Positions 1 to 10,099 of a DNA stretch of 64,000 bases are shown here, piece by piece. Within the stretch, counting starts at the first letter, position 1. Each line of letters begins with the position of its first letter. The notes beneath the pieces were generated by a model that made no database searches, was not told where the DNA came from, and saw only the letters and a list, made by a program, of their open reading frames with translations. Source of the DNA: Minisyncoccota bacterium (lineage in GTDB: Bacteria; Patescibacteriota; Minisyncoccia; Phycocordibacterales; Phycocordibacteraceae); contig DASZVH010000008.1 in the NCBI GenBank assembly GCA_035547315.1, positions 33,233-97,232 of the forward strand. The letters are read 5' to 3'. The translations under genes were made by a program, and so were the position numbers.

Positions 1-363
1 CTCGGGAGCGCGCAGGCGGATGCCGCCGCGCCCCTGAGCGAGGCTGCGATGGCCGGGCGGGCGGCCTCGTGTCTGGGCCTTGGTCTCGGCGCGGCGGCGC
101 TTGTCAGCGGCAATTTCACCGAGCCGGGAGCGGCGGCCCAGACGGGCCCGCTGCCCGCCGACGCGCCGAAGCGCATGCGTTTCCTCATCGTCTCGCCCGC
201 AGGCGCCTGCACGCTCGGCAGCGAGATGGAGATCGCCCCGGAGGGGGAGTTCGCGTATCTCTGGCTCGAGCAGCCCGCGGCCAAAGAGCCGCGCCAGTTT
301 ATCCTGCTCGAGCTCCAAGAGCTGCCGGGCGGCGCGCGCGAGTTCGCGGGCGCCGGATACTGA
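1..363 (+). CDS. Hypothetical protein, probably the 3' part of a gene starting before the window
   Basis: Frame 1 is open from base 1 to TGA 361-363, with GC-rich third codon positions, and is followed directly by a terminator hairpin. Confidence 0.55.
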   Translation, partial: LGSAQADAAAPLSEAAMAGRAASCLGLGLGAAALVSGNFTEPGAAAQTGPLPADAPKRMRFLIVSPAGACTLGSEMEIAPEGEFAYLWLEQPAAKEPRQFILLELQELPGGAREFAGAGY

Positions 364-364
364 T

Positions 365-396
365 AAAAAGCGGGGCGCTCGCGCGCCCCGCTTTTT
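365..396. terminator. Bidirectional intrinsic terminator
   Basis: AAAAAGCGGGGCGC-tcgc-GCGCCCCGCTTTTT inverted repeat between convergent genes. Confidence 0.8.
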
Positions 397-445
397 CCAT
401 GCCCGGCGCGGGCGCCGCAAGGAGGGTGCCGGGCGGCTCCGGCGC

Positions 446-1021
446 CTACGCCTTGCGTACGCGTTCGACGTACTCGCCCGTGTCGGTATTGATCCGGATG
501 ACGTCGCCCGTGTTGATGAAGAGCGGGGCGTTGACCGAGGCTCCGCTCTCGAGCGTGACCTGCTTGTTGCCGCCGGTGGCGGTGTCGCCCTTGATCGAGG
601 GGGGCGCTTCGGCGACCTCGAGGTCCACCTTCACGGGGATGGACACCGTGATCGGCTTCTCCTCATAGGTGCGCACCTCGACGGGGGAGTTTTGTTTGAG
701 CCACCGCACTTTCTCATGCACCGCCTCCTCGGGGAAGGAGAAGCGGTTCGCAGGCTTTCCCTCCTCGGCAAACCAGCTCTGCCCGCGGTTGGTGTAGAGG
801 TAGACCGCGTCCATCTCGCCGACCTCGGCCTCCTCGACCGTCTCGTTCTGATGGAAGGAGATCTCGATCACGCGGCCGCTGACCAGGTGCCGCAGCTTGG
901 TCTGATTGACCGGCTTCCTCATCTGCATGCGGAAGATGTGCGAGGAGAGCACCTCGTAGGGCTCGCCGTTATACTCGATCACGCTTTTGGGGAGGATCTC
1001 GTTGTAAGACAATACGGCCAT
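446..1021 (-). CDS. efp: Elongation factor P
   Basis: 191 aa with GDTATGGNKQVTLESGASVNAPLFINTGDVIRINTDTGEYVER C-terminal motif and a KOW-like N-terminus. Confidence 0.95.
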   Translation of the reverse strand: MAVLSYNEILPKSVIEYNGEPYEVLSSHIFRMQMRKPVNQTKLRHLVSGRVIEISFHQNETVEEAEVGEMDAVYLYTNRGQSWFAEEGKPANRFSFPEEAVHEKVRWLKQNSPVEVRTYEEKPITVSIPVKVDLEVAEAPPSIKGDTATGGNKQVTLESGASVNAPLFINTGDVIRINTDTGEYVERVRKA

Positions 1022-1130
1022 AGTGAACAGATCAGATAAGAGGTTTCAGGTGTCGGGGAAACCCCGCAACTGCAGCCAAGGTTATAAAAAGTAGCCCTCG
1101 CGGGCGACTGCGCGTATGCTAGCAGATGCG

Positions 1131-1712
1131 ATGGCATTTTCAACCCACGACGATACCGCCGCGCTCTCGGACGCGCAGATACTCGCGCGCGTGCGCCGCG
1201 AGCCGGAGCTCTTCGCCCACCTCGTGCGCCGCTACGAGGCGCCTCTCTTGCGCCGCGCCCGCAGCATCCTGCGCAGCCCCGAGGACGCGGAGGAGGCGGT
1301 GCAGGACGCCTTCACCAAGATGTATCTCTATGCCGACAAATACGCGCCGCAGGCGGGCGCTTCCTTCGCGAGCTGGGCCTACACGATCCTCAATCGCGTC
1401 GCCTACACCCGCTACCGCGCGCGAATGAGCGAGGCGGGCAGGCGCGCGGAGCTCGAGCCCGAGCACTACGAGACGCTGCCGGACGCGCGCGCCGAGTTCC
1501 TCGAGGACCTCACGATCCGCGACGAGGTCATCGCCGCGCTCGCCAAGCTCCCCGAGACCGCCGCGAAGATCCTGCGGCTCCAGTTCATCGAGGGCAAGAG
1601 CCAGGAGGAAATCGCCGCTTCCGAGGACCTCTCGGTCTCGGCGGTGAAGACGCGCGTGCATCGCGCCAAGAAAATGTTCAAAGAAGCGTATGATGAACAG
1701 CATCATGACTGA
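1131..1712 (+). CDS. ECF-family sigma-70 factor
   Basis: Region 2 (DAEEAVQDAFTK...FASWAYTI) and region 4 (SQEEIAASEDLSVSAVKTRVHRAKK). Start is 1116 or 1131. Confidence 0.9.
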   Translation: MAFSTHDDTAALSDAQILARVRREPELFAHLVRRYEAPLLRRARSILRSPEDAEEAVQDAFTKMYLYADKYAPQAGASFASWAYTILNRVAYTRYRARMSEAGRRAELEPEHYETLPDARAEFLEDLTIRDEVIAALAKLPETAAKILRLQFIEGKSQEEIAASEDLSVSAVKTRVHRAKKMFKEAYDEQHHD

Positions 1713-2037
1713 AACGAGCGGCATCGAGAAGCAAGTGATGCGCCGCGTGCGCCGCATCGCGCTCCTGCGCATCCTCATCTCGGGCGGCGTCTTCGCGATC
1801 GCCCTCGCGCTTCTCGCGCTCTATGGCCTCGGCAGGGAGGTCTGGGTCGCGATGGTATTCGCCAACGGCCCCTCGGGCTTCGCCGGCCATGCGTTCTATC
1901 TCCTCTACGCCTTCGAGCACACCCGCTTCGTGGTGCAGGCGCTCTGCCTCGTCGCGCTCGGCTCCTTCCTCTTCCTCGCGCGCGAGCTCGCGCGCTTCCT
2001 CTCGACGACGCTTACGCCTCGGCGAGCTTCGCTTTGA
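1705..2037 (+). CDS. Small two-TM membrane protein, candidate anti-sigma partner
   Basis: Overlaps the ECF stop codon, has two hydrophobic segments, and its 3' end overlaps the recA 3' end. Confidence 0.65.
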   Translation: MTETSGIEKQVMRRVRRIALLRILISGGVFAIALALLALYGLGREVWVAMVFANGPSGFAGHAFYLLYAFEHTRFVVQALCLVALGSFLFLARELARFLSTTLTPRRASL

Positions 2038-3061
2038 TCTGTTTGAGGAGTTCGTTCGCGACTTGCTTGGTGTCGCGCAGGTAGGTGCGGGTCGCGTCGT
2101 AGCCGACCGCGAGCTTCTCGCCGTTGAACTTGTAGGTTGCTCCGGATTTCTCCACGAGGCCGAACTTCTCGCCCAGAGCGATCAGCTCGCCCTCGCGGTT
2201 GATGCCCTCGCCGTAGATGACGTCGAACTCGGTGGTTTTGAAGGGCGCGGCGACCTTGTTCTTGACCACCTTCACGCGCGTCCTGCCGCCGACCACCTCC
2301 TCGCCCTTCTTGATGCTCGCGATGCGGCGGATGTCGAGGCGCACGGAGGTGTAGAACTTGAGCGCTTTGCCGCCGGGCGTCGTCTCGGGGTTGCCGAACA
2401 TGACGCCGATCTGCATGCGGATCTGATTGATAAAGATGACGATGGTCTTGCTTCTCGCGACGATCGCGGTCAATTTGCGCAGTGCCTGGCTCATGAGGCG
2501 CGCCTGCTTGCCGACGTGCTGCTGGCCCATCTCGCCCTCGATCTCGTCCTTGGGGGTAAGCGCCGCCACCGAGTCCACCACGACCACGTCCACGTTGCCG
2601 CTCCTGACCAGCGATTCGACGATGTCGAGCGCCTGCTCGCCGGTATCCGGCTGGGAGATGAGCAGCTCGGGGAGCTTCACGCCGATACGCCGCGCGTACT
2701 CCGGGTCGAGCGCGTGCTCGGCGTCCACGAAGGCCGCGATGCCGCCGTGCTTCTGCGCCTCCGCGATGATATGGAGCGCGAGCGTGGTCTTGCCGGAGGA
2801 CTCCGGGCCGAAGATCTCGATGATGCGCCCGCGCGGCACTCCGCCGATGCCGAGCGCGGCGTCGAGGCCTATGGAGCCGGTGGAGATAGCGGGTATTTTC
2901 TCCACCTTGCCCGCGCCGTAGGTGGTGATCGCCTCCTCGCCGAACTTGGTGCGGATCTCCTTGAGCGCCTGGTCGATCGACTTCTGCTTCTCGCTCTTGT
3001 CCGCACTCGAGGCGCCGACCGTCTTCAAAATTTTTTCTTTCGCGGGTTTCTTGAATGCCAT
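2012..3061 (-). CDS. recA: Recombinase RecA
   Basis: GPESSGKTT Walker [18 protein letters not shown] and [16 protein letters not shown] motifs. Confidence 0.98.
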   Translation of the reverse strand: MAFKKPAKEKILKTVGASSADKSEKQKSIDQALKEIRTKFGEEAITTYGAGKVEKIPAISTGSIGLDAALGIGGVPRGRIIEIFGPESSGKTTLALHIIAEAQKHGGIAAFVDAEHALDPEYARRIGVKLPELLISQPDTGEQALDIVESLVRSGNVDVVVVDSVAALTPKDEIEGEMGQQHVGKQARLMSQALRKLTAIVARSKTIVIFINQIRMQIGVMFGNPETTPGGKALKFYTSVRLDIRRIASIKKGEEVVGGRTRVKVVKNKVAAPFKTTEFDVIYGEGINREGELIALGEKFGLVEKSGATYKFNGEKLAVGYDATRTYLRDTKQVANELLKQIKAKLAEA

Positions 3062-3069
3062 AGATAACA

Positions 3070-3396
3070 TTATTCGACGACGATCGTGCGAGTAAGGGTG
3101 ATCGAACGGCCGAACCGATCGCGCGCCGACAGGGTAAGTATAGAGCTTCCCGCGGGGAAGGCGAGCAGCTTGACGAAGCTGCCGTCTTCCTCCGGGATCA
3201 GGGGCGCGCCGTCGAGCGTGAGCGCGGCCGCGCGGGAGACGCGGCCCGCGACCGTGACCGGATCCGAGGTCGCCTCGCCCGAGCGCGGCGCGGAAAGCTC
3301 GATCGCGGGGCCGGCGAGGAGCGGGTAGGCCTCGACGAGGCCGTAGACCGCGACCAAGAGGAGCACGCCCAGGACCACGAGCCGGTTAGAAGGCAT
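3070..3396 (-). CDS. Membrane-anchored Ig-like small protein
   Basis: N-terminal TM followed by a beta-rich domain (LTLDG...DGSF...LSARDRFG). Overlaps the ftsK stop. Confidence 0.7.
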   Translation of the reverse strand: MPSNRLVVLGVLLLVAVYGLVEAYPLLAGPAIELSAPRSGEATSDPVTVAGRVSRAAALTLDGAPLIPEEDGSFVKLLAFPAGSSILTLSARDRFGRSITLTRTIVVE

Positions 3397-5569
3397 CGGC
3401 GTCCGGCGCGGCCTCCTCGGGCGCCGCAGCGCCGGCCCGGCTCAAGACCTCGCGCGGCTTGGAGCCGTCCTGCGGGCCGATGACGCCCTTGGCCTCGAGG
3501 ACGTCCATGAGCCGGGCGGCGCGGCTATAGCCGATCTTGAGCTTGCGCTGGAGATAGCTCGTCGAGGCGCGGCCGGCCTCCTCGACGGCGGCCTTGGCCG
3601 CCTCGTAGAGATCGTCGTCGATATCCTCCTCCTCGCCGAAGGAGCCGCCTGCGATGCCGATCGCGTCGGCCGCGTCCGTATGCACGATCCCGTTGCCCCC
3701 CATGTCAATCGAGTTCAAATCGCCCGCATTGTGACTCTTTATATAGGAAGAGACTTTCTTCACCTCGCTCTCGGAGATGAAGGCGGTCTGGATGCGCACC
3801 GGCTTTTGCATGTCGGCGGAGAGATAGAGCATGTCGCCCGCGCCAAGCAGGGTCTCCGCGCCGCCCTGGTCGAGGATCGTGCGCGAGTCGATCTGCGAGG
3901 CAACCTGGAGGGCGAGCCGGGTCGGGACGTTGGCCTTGATGAGGCCGGTAATCACGTTGACCGAGGGCCGCTGGGTCGAGAGCACCAGGTGGATGCCCAC
4001 CGCGCGGCTCATCTGCGCGAGGCGCACCACGCCTGCCTCGAGCTCGCGCGGGTAGCTCTGCATGATATCCGCGAGCTCGTCGATGACGATGACGATGAAG
4101 GGCATGGACTCCGGCAGTTCCTCTGCGCCTTTCTTCTTGGCGGGCTCGTAGACCGACTTGTGGTAGGAGTCGATGTCGCGCACCGCTTCGGCCTCGAGAA
4201 TATTGTAGCGGCGCTCCATCTCCTTGGCCGCCCACTTGAGGGCGAGGATGGCCTTCCTGGGGTCGGTGATGACCGGCGTGAGGAGATGGGGGATGCCGTT
4301 GTAGAGGGTCAGCTCGACGCGCTTCGGGTCGATCAAGATGAAGCGCAGCTGGTTGGGCCCCCCGCGATAGAGCAGGGAGGTGATGAGCGCGTGGATGGCG
4401 ACTGATTTGCCCGAGCCGGTCGCGCCCGCCACGAGCGCGTGCGGAGCCTTGGCGAGGTTCACATAGTGGGGGACGCCGGTGATGTCGCGGCCGAGCGCGG
4501 CGAGGAGCGGCTTGTCCGAGCCGCTCCACTCGGCGGCCGCGAGCAGGCCGCCGAGGCCGACCATCGCCTTGGTGGTGTTGGGGACCTCGATGCCGACCAG
4601 CGACTTGCCCGGGATCGGCGCCTCGATGCGTACCGGGTGCGCGGCGAGCGCGAGTTCTAGATTGCTCGCCAGCGAGACGATCTTGGAGAGACGGACGCCC
4701 TCGGCCGGCTTGACCGCGTAGCGGGTGACGGTGGGACCCACCGAGACCTCGTCCATCTCGACGTTGATGCCGAAGTTCTGGAAGGTGCGCTTGATTAGGT
4801 TCGCGTTGGCCTTGATGTCGCCGACCCCCGGCTTGCCGCGGTCCTCGCCGAGGAGCGAGAGCGGCGGCGGCTCATACTCCGCGTCGATGTCGGGGATGCC
4901 GGGCGCGGCGTTTTTGCCGGCGCGCTCGCCGAACATCCGGACCTCCGGCTCGCGCTCCGGCTCCGGCTCCTCTTCCGCCGCCTCTTCGAACTCCTCTTCC
5001 GGCTCGGGAGGCAGCGGCACGCCCACCGCCTCGAGCTCCTCCGCTCCCTCATGGCTTCCGCGCTCGCGGGCCCGCGCGAGCAGGGCGGAGAAGAGCTCGG
5101 CGAGCGCGGCCCCGATAGCCTCGATGTCGAAGACGAGCGCGGCGCCGATCGCGAGGAGGGCGGCGAGCAGTACCAGCGCCCCCCAAAAGCCGAAGAAGGC
5201 GCCCAGCGCCGCCCCGCCCCAGGAGCCGGCCATTCCGCCAAAGGAGGCGCCCGGGAAGAGTCCGGCGAAGGCCAAGACCGCCGCGAGCATGAGCGCGACT
5301 CCCGAGAGCGCGAGCGGCGCGAGCGCGGGCCGGCCGAAGCCCGCGTACAGCCCGACCAAAAAGAGCGCGACGGGGAGCAGGAAAGCGCCGACGCCCACGA
5401 GCCCGTAGGCGGCGGTGAAGACGGCGCGGCCCGCGGGGCCCGCGTCGCCCACGATCGCGAGGGTGAAGAGGGCGGCGCACGCGACAAGCGCTATCGCCGA
5501 GCCCCAGCGGATGAGCGCGTCGTATTCCTCGACGTTCTCCGCCTTGCTCCGCCGCTTCGCGCGCTTCAT
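3386..5569 (-). CDS. ftsK: DNA translocase FtsK/SpoIIIE
   Basis: N-terminal TM helices, AGATGSGKS Walker A, IDPKRVEL, IDELAD, and gamma domain SYLQRKLKIGYSRAARLMD. Confidence 0.96.
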   Translation of the reverse strand: MKRAKRRSKAENVEEYDALIRWGSAIALVACAALFTLAIVGDAGPAGRAVFTAAYGLVGVGAFLLPVALFLVGLYAGFGRPALAPLALSGVALMLAAVLAFAGLFPGASFGGMAGSWGGAALGAFFGFWGALVLLAALLAIGAALVFDIEAIGAALAELFSALLARARERGSHEGAEELEAVGVPLPPEPEEEFEEAAEEEPEPEREPEVRMFGERAGKNAAPGIPDIDAEYEPPPLSLLGEDRGKPGVGDIKANANLIKRTFQNFGINVEMDEVSVGPTVTRYAVKPAEGVRLSKIVSLASNLELALAAHPVRIEAPIPGKSLVGIEVPNTTKAMVGLGGLLAAAEWSGSDKPLLAALGRDITGVPHYVNLAKAPHALVAGATGSGKSVAIHALITSLLYRGGPNQLRFILIDPKRVELTLYNGIPHLLTPVITDPRKAILALKWAAKEMERRYNILEAEAVRDIDSYHKSVYEPAKKKGAEELPESMPFIVIVIDELADIMQSYPRELEAGVVRLAQMSRAVGIHLVLSTQRPSVNVITGLIKANVPTRLALQVASQIDSRTILDQGGAETLLGAGDMLYLSADMQKPVRIQTAFISESEVKKVSSYIKSHNAGDLNSIDMGGNGIVHTDAADAIGIAGGSFGEEEDIDDDLYEAAKAAVEEAGRASTSYLQRKLKIGYSRAARLMDVLEAKGVIGPQDGSKPREVLSRAGAAAPEEAAPDADAF

Positions 5570-5646
5570 TGCTTCACCATTGTAGCAGAGCGCGCTCGCG
5601 CGCCCAGCGTGTGCATACGCTCTTTTCCGGGGCACGCGCGGCGGAT

Positions 5647-5674
5647 TTGACGCGGCTCGGGCAGGGCCTATACT
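5647..5674 (+). promoter_or_regulatory. Sigma-70 promoter, near-leaderless
   Basis: TTGACG-16 nt-TATACT, with the ATG 8 nt downstream at 5683. Confidence 0.65.
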
Positions 5675-5682
5675 TGTCTTAT

Positions 5683-6426
5683 ATGGCGGATAATCAAGGA
5701 CAGGAGAGCCGTACGCTCTCGGTTGCCGGGAGAGGGCATCCTGATGATTTTGTCCTTGAAAAAGTCATATTCTCCAACGTATTTGATAAGGACATCCAGC
5801 GAATTTACATCTACAAGAAGGCAGAGCGCCTCGCCAAGGCGATCCACCTGGTCGCGCCCGGGCTCGCCGCCTCGCCCGCGCTGCGCGCGCGCGCCGAGAG
5901 CGTCGCGGTCGCGCTCGTGGACGCCGCGATACTCTCGGGCGCTCCCGCGCGCGAGGCGCTTGCGCGCGAACTGCTCGCGCTCTCGAGCGTCCTCGCCATC
6001 GCTCGGGCCGGCGGCGCGCTCTCGAGCATGAACGCCGAGCTTATCGCCCGCGAGGCGCAGCTCCTCCTCGGCGAGGTGGCCGGCTACGAGCCGCCGCGCC
6101 TTACCCTCGAAGAGCCGACCTCTCTGGCAAGCCTCGCGCGCCGCGCCGCGGGCGGCGGCCGCGCAACGCTCCCTACGGCACCCAAGCGCCCGGCCGCTCC
6201 GCCGCCATCTAAAGGACATATAAAGGACAGTCCAAAGGACTCCGGCCGCCGCGAGGCGATATTGTCCGTTATACGAGAGCGCGGCCGCGTTTATATGAAG
6301 GATATCTCCACGGTGGTGCGGGGCGTCTCGGAGAAGACGATCCAGCGGGAGCTTGCGAGCCTGATCGGGGAGGGGGTCGTAGCTCGGGAGGGGGAGCGGC
6401 GCTGGACATTGTATTACCTGCCCTGA
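5683..6426 (+). CDS. Helical-bundle plus C-terminal DeoR-like winged-HTH protein
   Basis: C-terminal RREAILSVI...KDIS...VSEKTIQRELASL...GERRWTLY wHTH. The N-terminal part is helical (IYKKAERLAKAIHLV). Confidence 0.75.
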   Translation: MADNQGQESRTLSVAGRGHPDDFVLEKVIFSNVFDKDIQRIYIYKKAERLAKAIHLVAPGLAASPALRARAESVAVALVDAAILSGAPAREALARELLALSSVLAIARAGGALSSMNAELIAREAQLLLGEVAGYEPPRLTLEEPTSLASLARRAAGGGRATLPTAPKRPAAPPPSKGHIKDSPKDSGRREAILSVIRERGRVYMKDISTVVRGVSEKTIQRELASLIGEGVVAREGERRWTLYYLP

Positions 6427-6685
6427 TTTGCTAGTGTTTATCCACACGGAAAGCGCCGCCGGGGCCTTGCATGCGCTATAGTATGCCGAGCCCTCGCGGA
6501 ACACCGTTTCCGTCGGGCGGGTCCTTGACATAGCGAATAGCGGCTATGCCGCAGTGCGTACTAACTCTTACCAGCTAACCCATGGGAGGCAGGTCGATAC
6601 CGCTTCCTGTGGGGTAGTGTGAAAGTGCGTCGTGCGGACAACCCTTGATTATTCACGGGCTCATTAAAACCCTTATCAAATTGTT

Positions 6686-9600
6686 ATGTCTAAAACGGTA
6701 ACTACCAAAGCGATGGCGAAAGTCGCGGCGGTTGCGGCCGGTCTCGCCGTTGCGGCGAGCGCGCTCACGTTCGCCCAGGTGGCGGACGCGGCGGCTCTCA
6801 CGCAGGCGCAGGTCTCCGCGATCGTCTCGCTCTTGCAGTCCTTCGGCGCTGATGCGACCACCATCGCGAACGTCGAGGCCTCGCTTACGGGCGGCACGGT
6901 CACGACCGGCGGCGGCACCACCACCTCCGGCTCCTGCACCTTCACGCGCGATCTTACGAACGGCGTGTCGGGCAGCGACGTGACCTGCCTCCAGCAGGCT
7001 CTTATCGCCGCGGGGTATTCCATCCCGGCGGGCGCTACGGGCTACTTCGGAGCGCAGACCACGGCGGCAGTCGCGGCGTGGCAGAAGGCTAACGGCATCT
7101 CGCCGGCGGCCGGCTACTTCGGCCCTATCTCGCAGTCCCACTGGAATCTCGGTGGCGGCACGACGACGGGCGGCGGCTCCACGGGCGGCGGCACGGTGAC
7201 GGGCAACGGCCTTAAGGTCATGCTCTCCCCGACCTCCCCGAACGGTACGGTCCTCGTCCAGGGTCAGGGCATCGGCGATCTCGGAGACTTCGTCTTCTCG
7301 AACCCGACCGGCTCCTCGATCACGGTCACGGGCCTCACCTTCAACCGCATCGGCGTCTCCAACGACGCGACCATCAACAACGTCTATCTGTATAACGGCG
7401 TAAACCGCATTACGGACTCGGCTGGAGTCTCCAGCTCGCAGTTCTCGTTCAACAATGCGGCGGGCCTCTTCACGGTGCTCCCGGGCCAGACCTACACGGT
7501 CTCGGTTCGCGCGGACATCGCGACGGGTACCTCGGGCCAGCAGATCGGCGCTTCCTTGGTCTCGGTCGCTTCGACGGGCACCCTCGACTCGTCTGACGTC
7601 TTCCCGATCAACTCGGGCTATCAGACGATCTCGGCGGCGACTCTCGCGGTGGTTAACTTCGCCTCCGGCGATACCTATAACGGTAGCGTCTGGACCGGCA
7701 GCACCCTTCCTTCGGGCGCGACGACCATCTCTCCCCAGACGGGCTACACCCTCTGGCAGAACACGGTCTCCATCTCGCAGAACCCGGTCTGGCTCCGCTC
7801 GATGAAGTTCACGAACCTCGGTTCGATCGACTCGACGAGCGTGCAGAACCTGACCCTCTACGTTGACGGCACCCAGGTCGGCACCGCCGTCCCGACGCTC
7901 GCGGCGGATCGCTCGGTCACCTTCGACCTCTCGGCGAGCTCGCTCGAGCTCAACACCGGCAGCCATGTCATCCGCGTCGCGGGCGACATCGTCGGCGGTT
8001 CTTCCCGCACCATCCAGCTCTCGCTCCAGTACTCGTCTGACGCGATGTTCGTGGACAGCCAGTTGAACCAGCCGGTCACTCCGGAGGTCAACTCGACCAA
8101 CTTCTCGGCGGTCTCGGCTTCCCCGATCACCGTTCAGTCGGTCGGTACTTCCGGCGTCTCGGTGACCCTTGATCCGAACTCCGCGACCAACGACGTCGCG
8201 GTCGGCGCGACGAGCCAGAACCTCGCGACCTTCGACATGCTCGCCGCAGGCGAGAACACGAAGGTCCAGGATCTCTATGTCTGCGCGACGGTCTCCGGAT
8301 CGGGCGCGGGCACGGGTGAGGGCCTCCAGAACGGCAAGATCTACTTCAACGGCGTGCAGGTCGGCTCGACCAAGAACCTCCCGGAGTGCGGCACCATTGC
8401 CGACTTCTCCCTCGGTTCTTCGTTGATCCTCCCGGCAGGCCAGACCTCGGTGATTTCGATCTACGCTGATGCGCAGACCGCGACCACCTCGGTCGCCAAC
8501 GGCAACAGCATCAAGATCACCCTCAAGCAGGGCAGCTCGAACGCTCAGGGCCAATCCTCGCTCACCTCGACCAGCGTTCCAGCGAATGATATCTCCGGCA
8601 ACGATCTCAGCGTGACGAGCTCTACCCTCACGGCGACGAAGGCTACCGGTTACGGCGACCAGGCGGTTGTCGCGGGTACAAACGCCGCGAAGATCGGCTC
8701 CTTCGTGCTCCAGGCCGGCTCGACGGGCTCGCTCAACGTGAACTCGATCGGCATCAAGCTCGGCGGCACGGGCACCTCGACGCTGCAGAACTTGAAGCTC
8801 GTCGATGAGTCCACGGGCGCGCAGCTCGGCACGACGCAGACCTCGCCCGGTACGCCGGCAAGCGGCAACGTCGTGACGTACTCGACGAACTTCACGCTCG
8901 GCTCCTCGCAGACCAAGACGATCGACGTCTACGCCGACATTCCTTCGGGAACGTCGAACAACGACACGATTCAGCTCTCGGTCAGCAATGCGGCGACGAA
9001 CGCGACCGACCAGAACGGCCAGTCGACGAACATCGGCGGCTCTGACGTGACCCTCCAGACCATTACGGTCGGTACGGGCACGTTCTCGGTCTCGATAGGC
9101 GCGGGCAACCCGGTCGCGGCGAACGTCGTGGCGGGTGCCAGCAACCTCGAGGTTGCGGACTACACCTTCTCGGCGAACACCGCAAGCTACAATGTGAAGA
9201 AGCTTGAGCTCACGACCGCGACCTCCTCTGCGGTGAACACCGTTACGATCCAGTACAAGGATCAGAGCGGCGCCACGCAGACGGCTACGGCCGCGATCGG
9301 CTCGGGCGGCAAGGCGCTCTTCTCGAACCTGACGATGTACGTCCCGGCGGGCAATTCGGCCGATCTTACGGTCTGGGTCTCCACGCCGACGATCGTTCCG
9401 CCGGGCTCGATCTCGGGCTCCAAGATCGCCTTCTCGCTGGTGAACACGGACGGCACGAACGTCCAGATCCAGCCGGTTGGCGGCGCCGTGTCGAACACGC
9501 TCGGCATGGGCTCCGACCTGAGCTCGGCGCAGGCGGGCTACGGCTTCTTGGTTCTGCGCAAGTCGGTTCCGACCTTCGCAGGCCAGAGCAGCAGCCAGAC

Positions 9601-10099
9601 GGCAGCGCCGAACACCTCGACCGTGCTCTACCAGTTCACGGTCTCGGCTGATCCGGCAGGGGCGGTTGACTTCAACCAGTTTGCGTTCAACGTCGCGACC
9701 AGCGGCAGCAACGCGAACCTGAAGGACTTCTACCTCTACGACTCGGCGAACCCGTCGATTGCCCTCAACGGCAGCGCGGTGAACCCGACGTACGGCACCG
9801 GCCTCATGAAGGTCTCGACGACCAACGTCGTCCAGATCCCGGCGGGCGGCTCCAAGACCTTCATCCTGAAGGCCTCGACGGGCAGCTTCGGCAACGCGTC
9901 CTCGATGTCGATCAACCTCGCTCCGGCGGACGTTGACCTCATCGCAAACACGCAGGAAAGCTCGGTTACCGGTAATTACGTCTGGACGGATCGCGCCGCG
10001 AACAGCGACTCGAACGGCACCGGCGTGAATCAGTGGACCAACGGCTTCCTCTTGCGCGACTTGGTTGACGGCACCTACAGCTTCACCACCAGCTCCTAA
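6686..10099 (+). CDS. Large secreted S-layer-like/surface protein with peptidoglycan-binding domain
   Basis: Signal peptide, PG_binding_1-like motif (FTRDLTNGVSGSDVTCLQQAL...GYFGAQTTAAVAAWQ...GYFGP), Ser/Thr/Gly-rich beta-sandwich body and strongly biased codons. Confidence 0.85.
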   Translation: MSKTVTTKAMAKVAAVAAGLAVAASALTFAQVADAAALTQAQVSAIVSLLQSFGADATTIANVEASLTGGTVTTGGGTTTSGSCTFTRDLTNGVSGSDVTCLQQALIAAGYSIPAGATGYFGAQTTAAVAAWQKANGISPAAGYFGPISQSHWNLGGGTTTGGGSTGGGTVTGNGLKVMLSPTSPNGTVLVQGQGIGDLGDFVFSNPTGSSITVTGLTFNRIGVSNDATINNVYLYNGVNRITDSAGVSSSQFSFNNAAGLFTVLPGQTYTVSVRADIATGTSGQQIGASLVSVASTGTLDSSDVFPINSGYQTISAATLAVVNFASGDTYNGSVWTGSTLPSGATTISPQTGYTLWQNTVSISQNPVWLRSMKFTNLGSIDSTSVQNLTLYVDGTQVGTAVPTLAADRSVTFDLSASSLELNTGSHVIRVAGDIVGGSSRTIQLSLQYSSDAMFVDSQLNQPVTPEVNSTNFSAVSASPITVQSVGTSGVSVTLDPNSATNDVAVGATSQNLATFDMLAAGENTKVQDLYVCATVSGSGAGTGEGLQNGKIYFNGVQVGSTKNLPECGTIADFSLGSSLILPAGQTSVISIYADAQTATTSVANGNSIKITLKQGSSNAQGQSSLTSTSVPANDISGNDLSVTSSTLTATKATGYGDQAVVAGTNAAKIGSFVLQAGSTGSLNVNSIGIKLGGTGTSTLQNLKLVDESTGAQLGTTQTSPGTPASGNVVTYSTNFTLGSSQTKTIDVYADIPSGTSNNDTIQLSVSNAATNATDQNGQSTNIGGSDVTLQTITVGTGTFSVSIGAGNPVAANVVAGASNLEVADYTFSANTASYNVKKLELTTATSSAVNTVTIQYKDQSGATQTATAAIGSGGKALFSNLTMYVPAGNSADLTVWVSTPTIVPPGSISGSKIAFSLVNTDGTNVQIQPVGGAVSNTLGMGSDLSSAQAGYGFLVLRKSVPTFAGQSSSQTAAPNTSTVLYQFTVSADPAGAVDFNQFAFNVATSGSNANLKDFYLYDSANPSIALNGSAVNPTYGTGLMKVSTTNVVQIPAGGSKTFILKASTGSFGNASSMSINLAPADVDLIANTQESSVTGNYVWTDRAANSDSNGTGVNQWTNGFLLRDLVDGTYSFTTSS

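Noticed and set aside
6438-6446. Perfect DnaA box TTATCCACA as an oriC marker (variants at 15052 and 33922)
   Set aside because: The boxes are isolated, with no cluster, AT-rich unwinding element or dnaA/dnaN nearby. At most a regulatory site.
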